DNA from: a virus
IMG/VR virus record: IMGVR_UViG_3300045685_000034
Location: 4,507-68,506 of that record
DNA length: 64,000 bases
Reading direction: 5' to 3' (one strand)
In this document: in pieces, positions 57,116 through 64,000 of the stretch
Layout: each line of letters begins with the position of its first letter
How positions within the stretch are numbered: position 1 is the stretch's first letter
Program-made: the position numbers and the translations under genes
The notes under the pieces: model-generated
Databases searched by the model: none
What the model saw: the letters and a program-made list of their open reading frames with translations, nothing else
What the model was told of the DNA's origin: nothing

Positions 57116-57139
57116 TCAAGTCACGGAGGAAACAGCCAT
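57116..57139 (+). other. 9-6-9 site J (spacer GGAGGA), degenerate right arm
   Basis: TCAAGTCAC-GGAGGA-AACAGCCAT. Confidence 0.55.
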
Positions 57140-57161
57140 AAATGGAGCGATCAAATAGGTT

Positions 57162-57440
57162 TTGAAGGGAGTGATTATTTTGTTTCTCAAGGGTGCAAAT
57201 ATTGACCGAGAAGAATTATTTCGAATCCTAGTTGAAGACTATGAAAATGTAAAAAGCACATATACAAACACGATGCTAGGGGAGCCAAGAGAGATCACTT
57301 ATGCAAAGGGAAAACTCGATGGCGCATGTATGGCTTTAGGAATTGAATATGAAATCATTGAGGAAAAAATAGTATTCAAAACCTTCATGAGCGATAAGAA
57401 AGTTTTTGAATTACCGTTTAAACCAGAAAAACCGTGGTAA
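57162..57440 (+). CDS. hypothetical cassette gene
   Basis: Lies between sites J and K. Confidence 0.7.
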   Translation: MKGVIILFLKGANIDREELFRILVEDYENVKSTYTNTMLGEPREITYAKGKLDGACMALGIEYEIIEEKIVFKTFMSDKKVFELPFKPEKPW

Positions 57441-57446
57441 TTTTTG

Positions 57447-57470
57447 TCAGGTAACGGAGGATATCAACAA
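57447..57470 (+). other. 9-6-9 site K (spacer GGAGGA)
   Basis: TCAGGTAAC-GGAGGA-TATCAACAA. Confidence 0.68.
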
Positions 57471-57485
57471 GGAAGGAGTTCAATA

Positions 57486-57764
57486 ATGATTGAACGCAGA
57501 ACCAAAGGTTTAAAAGTCGGAGACACTATGTATTCATATGATGGCATGTGGTTTCCGTTTGAATCAATAAAAGCGTATTTAGAATACGATCCAAGTGCCA
57601 CGTCAGTTTTGAAAGGCAAGATAAAGTGTTTCGAAGTGGAAGGAATCTCGGATGAAGATACAGCCTATTTTGATAGGATCGAAGATTATCAAGGTAGAAG
57701 ACCGCATTTCATTGTTGATTCTGTCGAATTGGTGAAAGTTAAAAATGAACTAAAGGTCAAGTAA
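57486..57764 (+). CDS. hypothetical cassette gene
   Basis: Lies between K and L; stop in left arm of L. Confidence 0.7.
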   Translation: MIERRTKGLKVGDTMYSYDGMWFPFESIKAYLEYDPSATSVLKGKIKCFEVEGISDEDTAYFDRIEDYQGRRPHFIVDSVELVKVKNELKVK

Positions 57765-57780
57765 CGGAGGATATTACGGA
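57757..57780 (+). other. 9-6-9 site L (spacer GGAGGA)
   Basis: TCAAGTAAC-GGAGGA-TATTACGGA. Confidence 0.7.
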
Positions 57781-57800
57781 CTTAGAAAGGAAAGTAAAAA

Positions 57801-58022
57801 ATGAGTTTAAGAAGTGATTTAGACAATTTTTTTGAATCTGTAGAGCGTGGTTCAAAACTTTTTCCTTCAACTAGAAAAAGAAAAGAAATTGACGTATGGA
57901 TTGATCCCGATAGTGACATTATTTTCCAAATTGATGAAGAAATAGCTATCTTGTCGATAACAGAAGCTAGAGAATTAGGAAATATATTATTAGATAAATC
58001 TATTGAAGCACTAGAAAATTAA
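57801..58022 (+). CDS. hypothetical cassette gene
   Basis: Lies between sites L and M. Confidence 0.7.
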   Translation: MSLRSDLDNFFESVERGSKLFPSTRKRKEIDVWIDPDSDIIFQIDEEIAILSITEARELGNILLDKSIEALEN

Positions 58023-58046
58023 TCCGTAAACGACCACTATCACGGA
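58023..58046 (+). other. 9-6-9 site M (spacer GACCAC)
   Basis: TCCGTAAAC-GACCAC-TATCACGGA; arms dyadic TCCGT/ACGGA. Confidence 0.7.
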
Positions 58047-58062
58047 GAAAGAAGGTTTTAGA

Positions 58063-58467
58063 ATGATTGATCCAAAATATAAAGCAATCGTCGAAATCGA
58101 AGGCGATAAAACAGATTTTGAATACAGAGGTTTTCAATGCCACATTCGGAGAGTGAATCCTGAATACTCAGGTCATCTGTGTGGTTATGTTGAAATACCT
58201 GCAAATCATCCGGTACATGGAATGGATTATGACCAAGTAGAAGAATTCTATAATTACGAGCTACCAGCTCATGGTGGTCTGACCTTCGCAAGTGAAGTTG
58301 AGAATGCATACTGGATTGGATTTGATTGTGCTCACTCAGGAGACCTTTGTCCTGCTTATCCAGAGGGCGGTCAAATTTTTCGATGGTCAGGGGATTCTTA
58401 TAAAACAATGGGGTATGTTGAACAAAATATTAAAGAGATCGTTGATTTCATGGAGGATAGCAAATGA
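58063..58467 (+). CDS. conserved phage protein
   Basis: GHLCGYVEIP, HGGLTF, WIGFDCAHSGD. Confidence 0.8.
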   Translation: MIDPKYKAIVEIEGDKTDFEYRGFQCHIRRVNPEYSGHLCGYVEIPANHPVHGMDYDQVEEFYNYELPAHGGLTFASEVENAYWIGFDCAHSGDLCPAYPEGGQIFRWSGDSYKTMGYVEQNIKEIVDFMEDSK

Positions 58468-58631
58468 TCCAATATCAGATAAAATACATTGCTCATAACG
58501 ATCGTATAAAGACATGTTATCTGCACGCAAATAGTCGCGAAGAGGTAGAAGAGTCAGTCCGAGTATTGCAAGGGTGTAAGCAATTGATATCTATTCGTGT
58601 CTGGCCAAAAGAACAGGAGGACGGCGAATGA
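58464..58631 (+). CDS. small hypothetical protein
   Basis: ATGA-coupled MIQYQIKYIAH..EDGE. Confidence 0.6.
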   Translation: MIQYQIKYIAHNDRIKTCYLHANSREEVEESVRVLQGCKQLISIRVWPKEQEDGE

Positions 58632-58834
58632 TTAGAGTTTGCGAAGCTTTGCTAGGTCAACCTGAAAAAGTTTCCTTTGTTTCAGAAGAAGAAGCCCTAC
58701 AATTGCGTTTGAAATATCAGTTCAAGATGCTTTTAGAAGGCATATATATGAATGATGTTGATGGACGAGATCAGAAGTTTCAGTTAGTAAAAAACGGCAC
58801 TTTGCTGGGCTACTTTTCAATGGAGAAATGGTAA
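58628..58834 (+). CDS. hypothetical protein
   Basis: ATGA-coupled ORF. Confidence 0.65.
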   Translation: MIRVCEALLGQPEKVSFVSEEEALQLRLKYQFKMLLEGIYMNDVDGRDQKFQLVKNGTLLGYFSMEKW

Positions 58835-58838
58835 TAGC

Positions 58839-58862
58839 TCAGCTAACCACGCCTATAAAGTA
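58839..58862 (+). other. 9-6-9 site N (spacer CACGCC)
   Basis: TCAGCTAAC-CACGCC-TATAAAGTA. Confidence 0.7.
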
Positions 58863-58906
58863 AATTCCCTCAATCAAAATACCTGATTGAGGGAGAGAAA
58901 ACTTTA

Positions 58907-59128
58907 TTAATTTTTCTTACGAATGAGTATTTTGTCAAGTGTGTAGGTCTGTTCTTTTCCTTTGACGAAAAATTCTTCAGGGAATACATCTCCTAACAAT
59001 CGAAAAAGTTCATAGTCATTGTCAGTGAAATGAGAGAAGAATTCAGGAGCATTATTCTTTTTAAGTGTATCTCCACCAATTTTGTCTAATGTCTCATAGA
59101 CAAACATTCTGAGTTCAAAAATAGTCAT
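58907..59128 (-). CDS. hypothetical protein
   Basis: RBS AAGGAGGTG; downstream hairpin CCCTCAATCA..TGATTGAGGG. Confidence 0.65.
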   Translation of the reverse strand: MTIFELRMFVYETLDKIGGDTLKKNNAPEFFSHFTDNDYELFRLLGDVFPEEFFVKGKEQTYTLDKILIRKKN

Positions 59129-59243
59129 ATTAGCACCTCCTTAAAAAATCTTTTTTATTTATAAATACACTATAACAGCAAAGAATACCTCTAAACGCTC
59201 TAAATTATTTTTGAGAAATTAGTTTGATAAAGGGGGAAAGTCA

Positions 59244-60011
59244 GTGAGAGCATTGTCTCTTTTTTCGGGAATCGGCGGATTAGATTTAGCAGCGGAATGG
59301 GCCGGGATCGAAACTGTTGCCTTCTGCGAGAACGCCGATTTTCCCAAAAGAGTATTAAAGAAACAATGGCCAACAGTGCCACAGTTTGAAGATGTAAAAC
59401 AGTTAAATATTAAGACGCTAGAAAGTAGTGGGATAGATGCAAGAACAATTGGAATTATTCACGGAGGATTTCCTTGCCAGCCTTTCTCACTCGCAGGAAA
59501 AGGTAAAGCCGAGAACGACGATCGCTATTTATGGCACGAATTCGCAAGACTCGTTAAGGAAATTCGACCTCGTTGGGTTGTCGGCGAGAATGTACCAGGA
59601 ATTCTTAACCGCGGACTCGAAACAACCGTTAGTGACTTGGAAAAAGAAGGCTACGAAGTTTGGGTTTTCAGTGTTGCAGCTAGTGATATCGGGGCAATCC
59701 ACAAAAGACAAAGGTACTTTATCGTTGCTTGCAACACCCACAGCCAGTCAATCATACAAGAGGATTCGCCCACTTGCACCTTCCGAAGCGAACGGCAAGC
59801 ATGGCAAAGTTCTTCCTGGAAGTATTGGCGAGAATTTCGAGAGCTACATCGGAAAGTACCCGAACCCGGCATTTGTCGAGTGGATGATGGGGTATCCAGA
59901 GAATTGGACAAAAATAGATTGATTGCTTTAGGAAATGCGGTCCAACCGCAACAAGTTTATCCGATCTTTAAAACAATCATGGAAATTGAAAGGATGATGA
60001 GAGCTGAATAA
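59244..60011 (+). CDS. dcm: C5 DNA cytosine methyltransferase, alpha-type subunit
   Basis: LFSGIGG (I), GGFPCQPFS (IV), GENVPG (VI), HKRQRYFIVA (VIII), LGNAV (X). Confidence 0.92.
   Translation: MRALSLFSGIGGLDLAAEWAGIETVAFCENADFPKRVLKKQWPTVPQFEDVKQLNIKTLESSGIDARTIGIIHGGFPCQPFSLAGKGKAENDDRYLWHEFARLVKEIRPRWVVGENVPGILNRGLETTVSDLEKEGYEVWVFSVAASDIGAIHKRQRYFIVACNTHSQSIIQEDSPTCTFRSERQAWQSSSWKYWREFRELHRKVPEPGICRVDDGVSRELDKNRLIALGNAVQPQQVYPIFKTIMEIERMMRAE
59437..59922 (+). CDS. nested alternative-frame ORF, probable beta subunit of the C5-MTase
   Basis: 161 codons wholly inside dcm; ends YPNPAFVEWMMGYPENWT (motif IX-like). Confidence 0.75.
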   Translation: MQEQLELFTEDFLASLSHSQEKVKPRTTIAIYGTNSQDSLRKFDLVGLSARMYQEFLTADSKQPLVTWKKKATKFGFSVLQLVISGQSTKDKGTLSLLATPTASQSYKRIRPLAPSEANGKHGKVLPGSIGENFESYIGKYPNPAFVEWMMGYPENWTKID

Positions 60012-60216
60012 GCTAGAGGAAATCCTCAATAATCCTGACAAATACGATCTGTCGCCAGAAACAATAGACGGACTCAGATCACTACTGAGAGCTTTTGATA
60101 CTAATCCATTCTTTCCCATCGGTAGATATGACTATGCTGAGGAGCATTTGAACCGAATGAAACGGTTAGGACAGATCGAAAGTGATTTGATGCGAAGTAT
60201 TCTAAATGATTTTTAA
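60004..60216 (+). CDS. hypothetical protein (CTG start?)
   Basis: Open frame (L)NKLEEILNNPDKYDL..NDF. Confidence 0.5.
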   Translation: MNKLEEILNNPDKYDLSPETIDGLRSLLRAFDTNPFFPIGRYDYAEEHLNRMKRLGQIESDLMRSILNDF

Positions 60217-60230
60217 AAGGAGGAACTGAC

Positions 60231-60683
60231 TTGTCAAAAATATTAGATGCCTGTTGCGGCAGCCGGATGTTCTGGTTTGATAAGGAAAATCCAGACGTAA
60301 CATTCATGGATTGCCGGCAGTATTACGAAGAACTACCAACAGGCCACGTGGTCAATGTTGATCCAGATATTGTTGCTGACTTTCGAGATATGCCGTTTGA
60401 AGATGACGTTTTTGACATGGTTGTTTTTGATCCGCCGCATCTTATTAACGTTGGTGAAAGCTCTTGGTTGGCAAAGAAATACGGTCGACTAGATGAACTA
60501 TGGCCAGAAGACATAAGACAAGGCTTTGCAGAATGTATGCGAGTTCTGCGGCCGGCTGGAACACTAATTTTTAAATGGAACGAGGATCAGGTTCCACTTT
60601 CTGAGGTGTTAGAGGCTATTGGTCAGCAGCCATTATTTGGAAATAAACGAAGCAAAACACATTGGCTGGTGTTTATGAAATAG
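60231..60683 (+). CDS. small SAM-dependent methyltransferase (probable N6A/N4C DNA MTase)
   Basis: ILDACCGSRMFW, VVFDPPHL, GTLIFKWNE. Confidence 0.88.
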   Translation: MSKILDACCGSRMFWFDKENPDVTFMDCRQYYEELPTGHVVNVDPDIVADFRDMPFEDDVFDMVVFDPPHLINVGESSWLAKKYGRLDELWPEDIRQGFAECMRVLRPAGTLIFKWNEDQVPLSEVLEAIGQQPLFGNKRSKTHWLVFMK

Positions 60684-60684
60684 T

Positions 60685-60708
60685 TCCGATAACCACGCCT
60701 ACAGAAGA
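60685..60708 (+). other. 9-6-9 site O (spacer CACGCC)
   Basis: TCCGATAAC-CACGCC-TACAGAAGA. Confidence 0.7.
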
Positions 60709-60721
60709 AAGGATGAAGGAA

Positions 60722-60943
60722 ATGAATAATATTGATGAAAAGAAAAGTGCATATCTGAAAAAATTTGATCGAGAAAATGATTTATCTGAATTGGGCTGGG
60801 GTGAGTCAAAAAGATACGGTGAAGAAATAGTTGAATTGTTGCAAGAAAAAGAAGGCCTAACATATGAGGAAGCATATGCAAGCCTTCAGTACGCATATAA
60901 CTTATTGAAATACAAATCTAATTTTGTGGAACTTCGAAAATAG
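60722..60943 (+). CDS. hypothetical protein
   Basis: ORF with RBS after site O. Confidence 0.7.
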   Translation: MNNIDEKKSAYLKKFDRENDLSELGWGESKRYGEEIVELLQEKEGLTYEEAYASLQYAYNLLKYKSNFVELRK

Positions 60944-61424
60944 AAACAAACTTGACTGATTTAAAAGAATTTAAATCTACAACTGAAATCTTTGGTAAAT
61001 TGGGCATATTTACAAAGGTTACATCATACAAATTGTGTGGTAATTTATTTTCTTCTTGAAGGTCAGTTACTAAAGAGACCATGTAGGAATTCAATAATTC
61101 TAGATTGTTTTCACTGTTAATAAACATAAAAAACTCTTTAACTAATTCAGTTCCAAATGGCTGACGGATTTTTTTGAACAAATCGATTTGTTTAGTCTCA
61201 TCTGATTGAAGAGAGGTACCCATGTATTCAGGTTCTATTACCCGAGTAAACGGGCTGAATGTTGGGATACAAACATAATCATTGTCAAGGCGAACGAAAT
61301 CGCCATACATGAAAGCATCATCACATTTTATAAGAATTTTTAGTGTTGAATTCTTATAAGGTTCTTTTGTAGAGACTGTTCTTTTGAGAATGAAGTCCAT
61401 GGTTTGTAAATCAGAAATTTTCAT
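60918..61424 (-). CDS. hypothetical moron-like protein
   Basis: Own promoter and leader at 61433-61479. Confidence 0.7.
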   Translation of the reverse strand: MKISDLQTMDFILKRTVSTKEPYKNSTLKILIKCDDAFMYGDFVRLDNDYVCIPTFSPFTRVIEPEYMGTSLQSDETKQIDLFKKIRQPFGTELVKEFFMFINSENNLELLNSYMVSLVTDLQEENKLPHNLYDVTFVNMPNLPKISVVDLNSFKSVKFVSIFEVPQN

Positions 61425-61432
61425 TTTTTCAC

Positions 61433-61479
61433 CTCCTTATCAGTATTTCAGTGGACCACTCACTGATAAGGAGATTATA
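61433..61479 (-). promoter_or_regulatory. TATAAT promoter plus SD-containing leader hairpin
   Basis: CTCCTTATCAGT..ACTGATAAGGAG; matches 812-858. Confidence 0.7.
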
Positions 61480-61514
61480 TCAAATAAAAATAGGTCGAAA
61501 CGCTTTAAATTATT

Positions 61515-61538
61515 TCGACTAACTCAGCCTATCAAGTA
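61515..61538 (+). other. 9-6-9 site P (spacer TCAGCC)
   Basis: TCGACTAAC-TCAGCC-TATCAAGTA. Confidence 0.7.
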
Positions 61539-61554
61539 AGAAAAGAGGTATGAA

Positions 61555-62208
61555 ATGAAACAAGAATTATTAAAATAGATTTACGAAAATAAGGTTGGTA
61601 GACCAAGCGTTTTTGGTCTTGGGACCGTTGAAACAGTCTACATGGTTGATCTTATCGAAATGATTAATGAACTTGAAGAACCACAGGTAACCAACGAGCA
61701 AGCGTGGAATAAGATCGCTGAGACATATCCTGAAACTGCTCAGAACTTGAGGATAACTTTAGATCATGCGGTGTACGGTCATGAGGCTGAACCGCAGAAA
61801 GTCAAAGTGCCAGCGGTTGTGGCTAAGTGGATTTCAAAATGTCGGGAATTAAAGTGGATCTTACCTGACTTACTTGCACCAGAAGCTTTTGAATCAAGCT
61901 TTGCTCGTGATACTGAAGAATGGTTGCGACAAGACAAACAAAATTACGATATTCTAGCTCGTGCTTGGCTAAGCGGCTACGAGGTCGAGGAAGAGCCGAA
62001 GTATCAAGTCAAGTTGAAATTTGGTAGACAGTATCTATCTAAAAATGCTGATGGAAATATGCTTGATTTTTACTCATGCATGGTATTTCCTCCAAGCTTC
62101 TCAAAAAAAGAACTTGAATCAATTGAGGATGGAGCATTTTACAAAGCCGATGGCGACAAAGAATGGATAAATCCAATTATTGAACTTGTACCAGTCGAGA
62201 AAGTGTAG
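61555..62208 (+). pseudogene. DUF1642-family gene with in-frame TAG at codon 8 (ORF resumes, ATG 61642)
   Basis: RBS+ATG 61555, TAG 61576-61578, same frame continues; PQKVKVPAVVA, ARAWLSGYEVEE. Confidence 0.7.
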
Positions 62209-62216
62209 GTGGCGGA

Positions 62217-62624
62217 ATGAATACTAGAGACAAAATACACTCAGCAATAAATGAACATATTGATATTGAGGATACTTATGCATATTTCTTAACTAGGGAA
62301 AAAAGTTCATTTTCAGTTGGAACAGTAACATTAGATGACTTCGAGGAATGGACTGATAGTGATGTTGCTGATTTAACTGATTCGATAATGGAAAAGATAA
62401 ACCCCGAACTCAACGAAAACCAGCAGGTCGTGTTGGAGTGGTTGAAGAAAAAATACAAAACTACTGATATAGAACCAATTGAACTAATTTGGCGACTTAG
62501 GGTTAATTCGAATTCAGATAAATGGAGACTTCAACCTCCATATAAAAATTATCGGTATTTGACTGAGATAGCGCAATTCCAACTCCTAGTAGCCTTCGCG
62601 GAATGGGGAATGAAGCAATGCTAA
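62217..62624 (+). CDS. hypothetical phage protein
   Basis: ELNENQQVVLEWLKK..QFQLLVAFAEWG. Confidence 0.75.
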   Translation: MNTRDKIHSAINEHIDIEDTYAYFLTREKSSFSVGTVTLDDFEEWTDSDVADLTDSIMEKINPELNENQQVVLEWLKKKYKTTDIEPIELIWRLRVNSNSDKWRLQPPYKNYRYLTEIAQFQLLVAFAEWGMKQC

Positions 62625-62785
62625 ATAAAAAATATAAAACTAGATATACCAGCATCGTGCCAAAAGGTTCAATCGGTAAATGTGTGGATGTGATTGATTC
62701 AAAAGTTTTAGCAGTGAGATTAGAGTTTCAGAACGGAGAATCTCTATGGTTTATGAAGAGGGATTTAACGGAGGTGGCGGAATGA
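62618..62785 (+). CDS. hypothetical protein
   Basis: Ends in EVAE linker. Confidence 0.6.
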   Translation: MLNKKYKTRYTSIVPKGSIGKCVDVIDSKVLAVRLEFQNGESLWFMKRDLTEVAE

Positions 62786-62967
62786 ATGTAGACTGCTACG
62801 GAATCATGACATGCGCAGGAGTAGGCAAGCCATGGAAACTATTTCCTGAAACTTTTACTACGGGAAAAGAAGCAAGTGCGTTTTACGTAGATCATTTATC
62901 TAGTGAAGGAAACTTGTTCAGGATAATTGAAATTAACATAGTCAGCCAAAATATGCTGTATCACTAA
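62782..62967 (+). CDS. hypothetical protein
   Basis: ATGA-coupled ORF. Confidence 0.6.
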   Translation: MNVDCYGIMTCAGVGKPWKLFPETFTTGKEASAFYVDHLSSEGNLFRIIEINIVSQNMLYH

Positions 62968-62970
62968 AGA

Positions 62971-62994
62971 TCCGGTAACCGAAGCAATAGAGGA
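62971..62994 (+). other. 9-6-9 site Q (spacer CGAAGC)
   Basis: TCCGGTAAC-CGAAGC-AATAGAGGA. Confidence 0.7.
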
Positions 62995-63007
62995 GAAACG
63001 AGGTGCT

Positions 63008-63457
63008 ATGTTGCAAGCAATCTTTACATTGCGTAGAAAAGGTTTTAACAAAAAAATCAAAGTTGGAGAAATTTTTAACTATAAAGATGAAAAATATGTT
63101 TTGACACACATTGTTGAAATTAAACATTTTTATAGTAGTTCCGCGCGGATGGAAGTGGAAGGTGTAGCCCAGCTAGTTGGTGGTAAATCCGATTTTAGCC
63201 AATATGAAAGAACAAGTGAATTTGTAAGAAAATACCCCAAAGGTGAGTTCACAGAAGAAAATCCACTCTACAGGGTTGGAGACATTTTTGTATTTGATGG
63301 AATTTGCGGTGAAATAACGAATCTTGAATCAATTGAGTTTGAGTTCGTTGACTTAGTAGTTACCTATCATTCAAGATTGTTCCGGCCGTGGAGTGACGAG
63401 GAAATGAGTCAAGCGGTCAAAGAGGATCGACTATCAAAGTTTAAAGTAATAGGTTAA
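63008..63457 (+). CDS. hypothetical cassette gene with internal duplication
   Basis: VGEIFNY / VGDIFVF. Confidence 0.7.
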   Translation: MLQAIFTLRRKGFNKKIKVGEIFNYKDEKYVLTHIVEIKHFYSSSARMEVEGVAQLVGGKSDFSQYERTSEFVRKYPKGEFTEENPLYRVGDIFVFDGICGEITNLESIEFEFVDLVVTYHSRLFRPWSDEEMSQAVKEDRLSKFKVIG

Positions 63458-63473
63458 CAAAGCTATTACCATA

Positions 63474-63635
63474 CAAAAAGACTGCCGCGGTATGAAACGG
63501 CAGTCTATGGCTAGGTGGGGAAGCATGTTTACCTAGCTGCGCACAATTGGTGTCTTCTCAAAAGACACTAAAAGCGTAACAAGTAACCGTTTTAGTTTCA
63601 AGCGCGAACGGTAGTTAAGAAGAAATAAGTTATAA
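63474..63635 (-). ncRNA. putative sRNA with CUUCCCCA loop
   Basis: GCTAGGT-GGGGAAGCATGTTT-ACCTAGC hairpin; AGACTGCCG/CGGCAGTCT terminator with A-run on plus strand; 5' end uncertain. Confidence 0.45.
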
Positions 63636-63647
63636 ATAATTTGTAAC

Positions 63648-63738
63648 AAAAAAAGACCGCTGGGGATTGGTCAGCGGTCGTGAGCTGATTAAAATATGCT
63701 TTTAACCCGATTGAAAAAAGGAGGGGCCAGCTCATCAC
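63648..63738 (-). ncRNA. putative small RNA (family of 12168-12250)
   Basis: TACAAT at 63740-63745; GAGCTG/CAGCTC stem with CTCCTTTTTT; GACCGCTG terminator. Confidence 0.55.
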
Positions 63739-63773
63739 TATTGTACAACAAATTAGAAATGGAAGTGAGTAAT

Positions 63774-64000
63774 ATGATACCGAAGTTTAAAGCTTGGGAC
63801 AAAATAGATAAAGTGATTAGAGAAGTGACTGCAATTGATTGGTCGCTTGATCTGGTGGAATTCATGCATGGCGCAATCGAGAGAAGCTTCGGAAATGTGA
63901 TTCTCATGCAGTCAACAGAAATAAATGGTTTAGAAATTTCTGATGGTGATATCGTACACGTATTAGATTCAGAGCAGATCAATCAAAGAGATGAAAACGG
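63774..64000 (+). CDS. YopX-family protein (3'-truncated)
   Basis: MIPKFKAWDK..LMQST. Confidence 0.9.
   Translation, partial: MIPKFKAWDKIDKVIREVTAIDWSLDLVEFMHGAIERSFGNVILMQSTEINGLEISDGDIVHVLDSEQINQRDEN

Larger units (their letters stand above)
44900..64000. mobile_element. Prophage 2 (integrase to early/accessory region; continues beyond window)
   Basis: int-ltp-immA-cI / cro-erf-rep-dnaB-rusA-ssb canonical order. Confidence 0.93.

Noticed and set aside
8753-62994. Calling the sites classical integron attC or host dif
   Set aside because: No long imperfect attC hairpins with GTTRRRY ends, no IntI-type insertion recognised, and arms do not match dif sequences I recall
63450-63473. TAGGTTAAC-AAAGCT-ATTACCATA at a stop codon
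   Set aside because: Lacks TC and the right-arm register is off by one; not counted among the 15 sites

Overview
Low-GC Firmicutes DNA, most likely Enterococcus, holding two tandem temperate siphovirus-type prophages. Prophage 1 (<1 to ~44.9 kb) runs from the antirepressor through a Sak3/replisome-organizer early module, an accessory gene array, ArpU, a structured-RNA/tRNA-like leader, SPP1-type head and tail genes, holin and GH25 lysin, a tRNA/sRNA cluster, a Panacea toxin-antitoxin-like pair and a LexA-boxed SRAP/YolD/UmuC cassette. An attP-like junction (~44.88-45.07 kb) leads into prophage 2: integrase, Ltp, ImmA, CI/Cro, ERF, initiator plus DnaB, RusA, SSB and a second accessory array running off the window. 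Main observation: in both prophages the accessory genes are separated by a recurring 24-bp 9-6-9 element (TCnnnTAAC-N6-WATnnnnKA; 15 copies read by eye). It sits at stop codons and often runs into the next RBS, identical 6-bp spacers flank individual gene modules, and the first copy lies 3 bp after an intact XerD-like tyrosine recombinase gene. This suggests a phage-borne, integron/pdif-like gene-cassette shuffling system (inference, untested). Family names come from motif recognition; no database searches were run.
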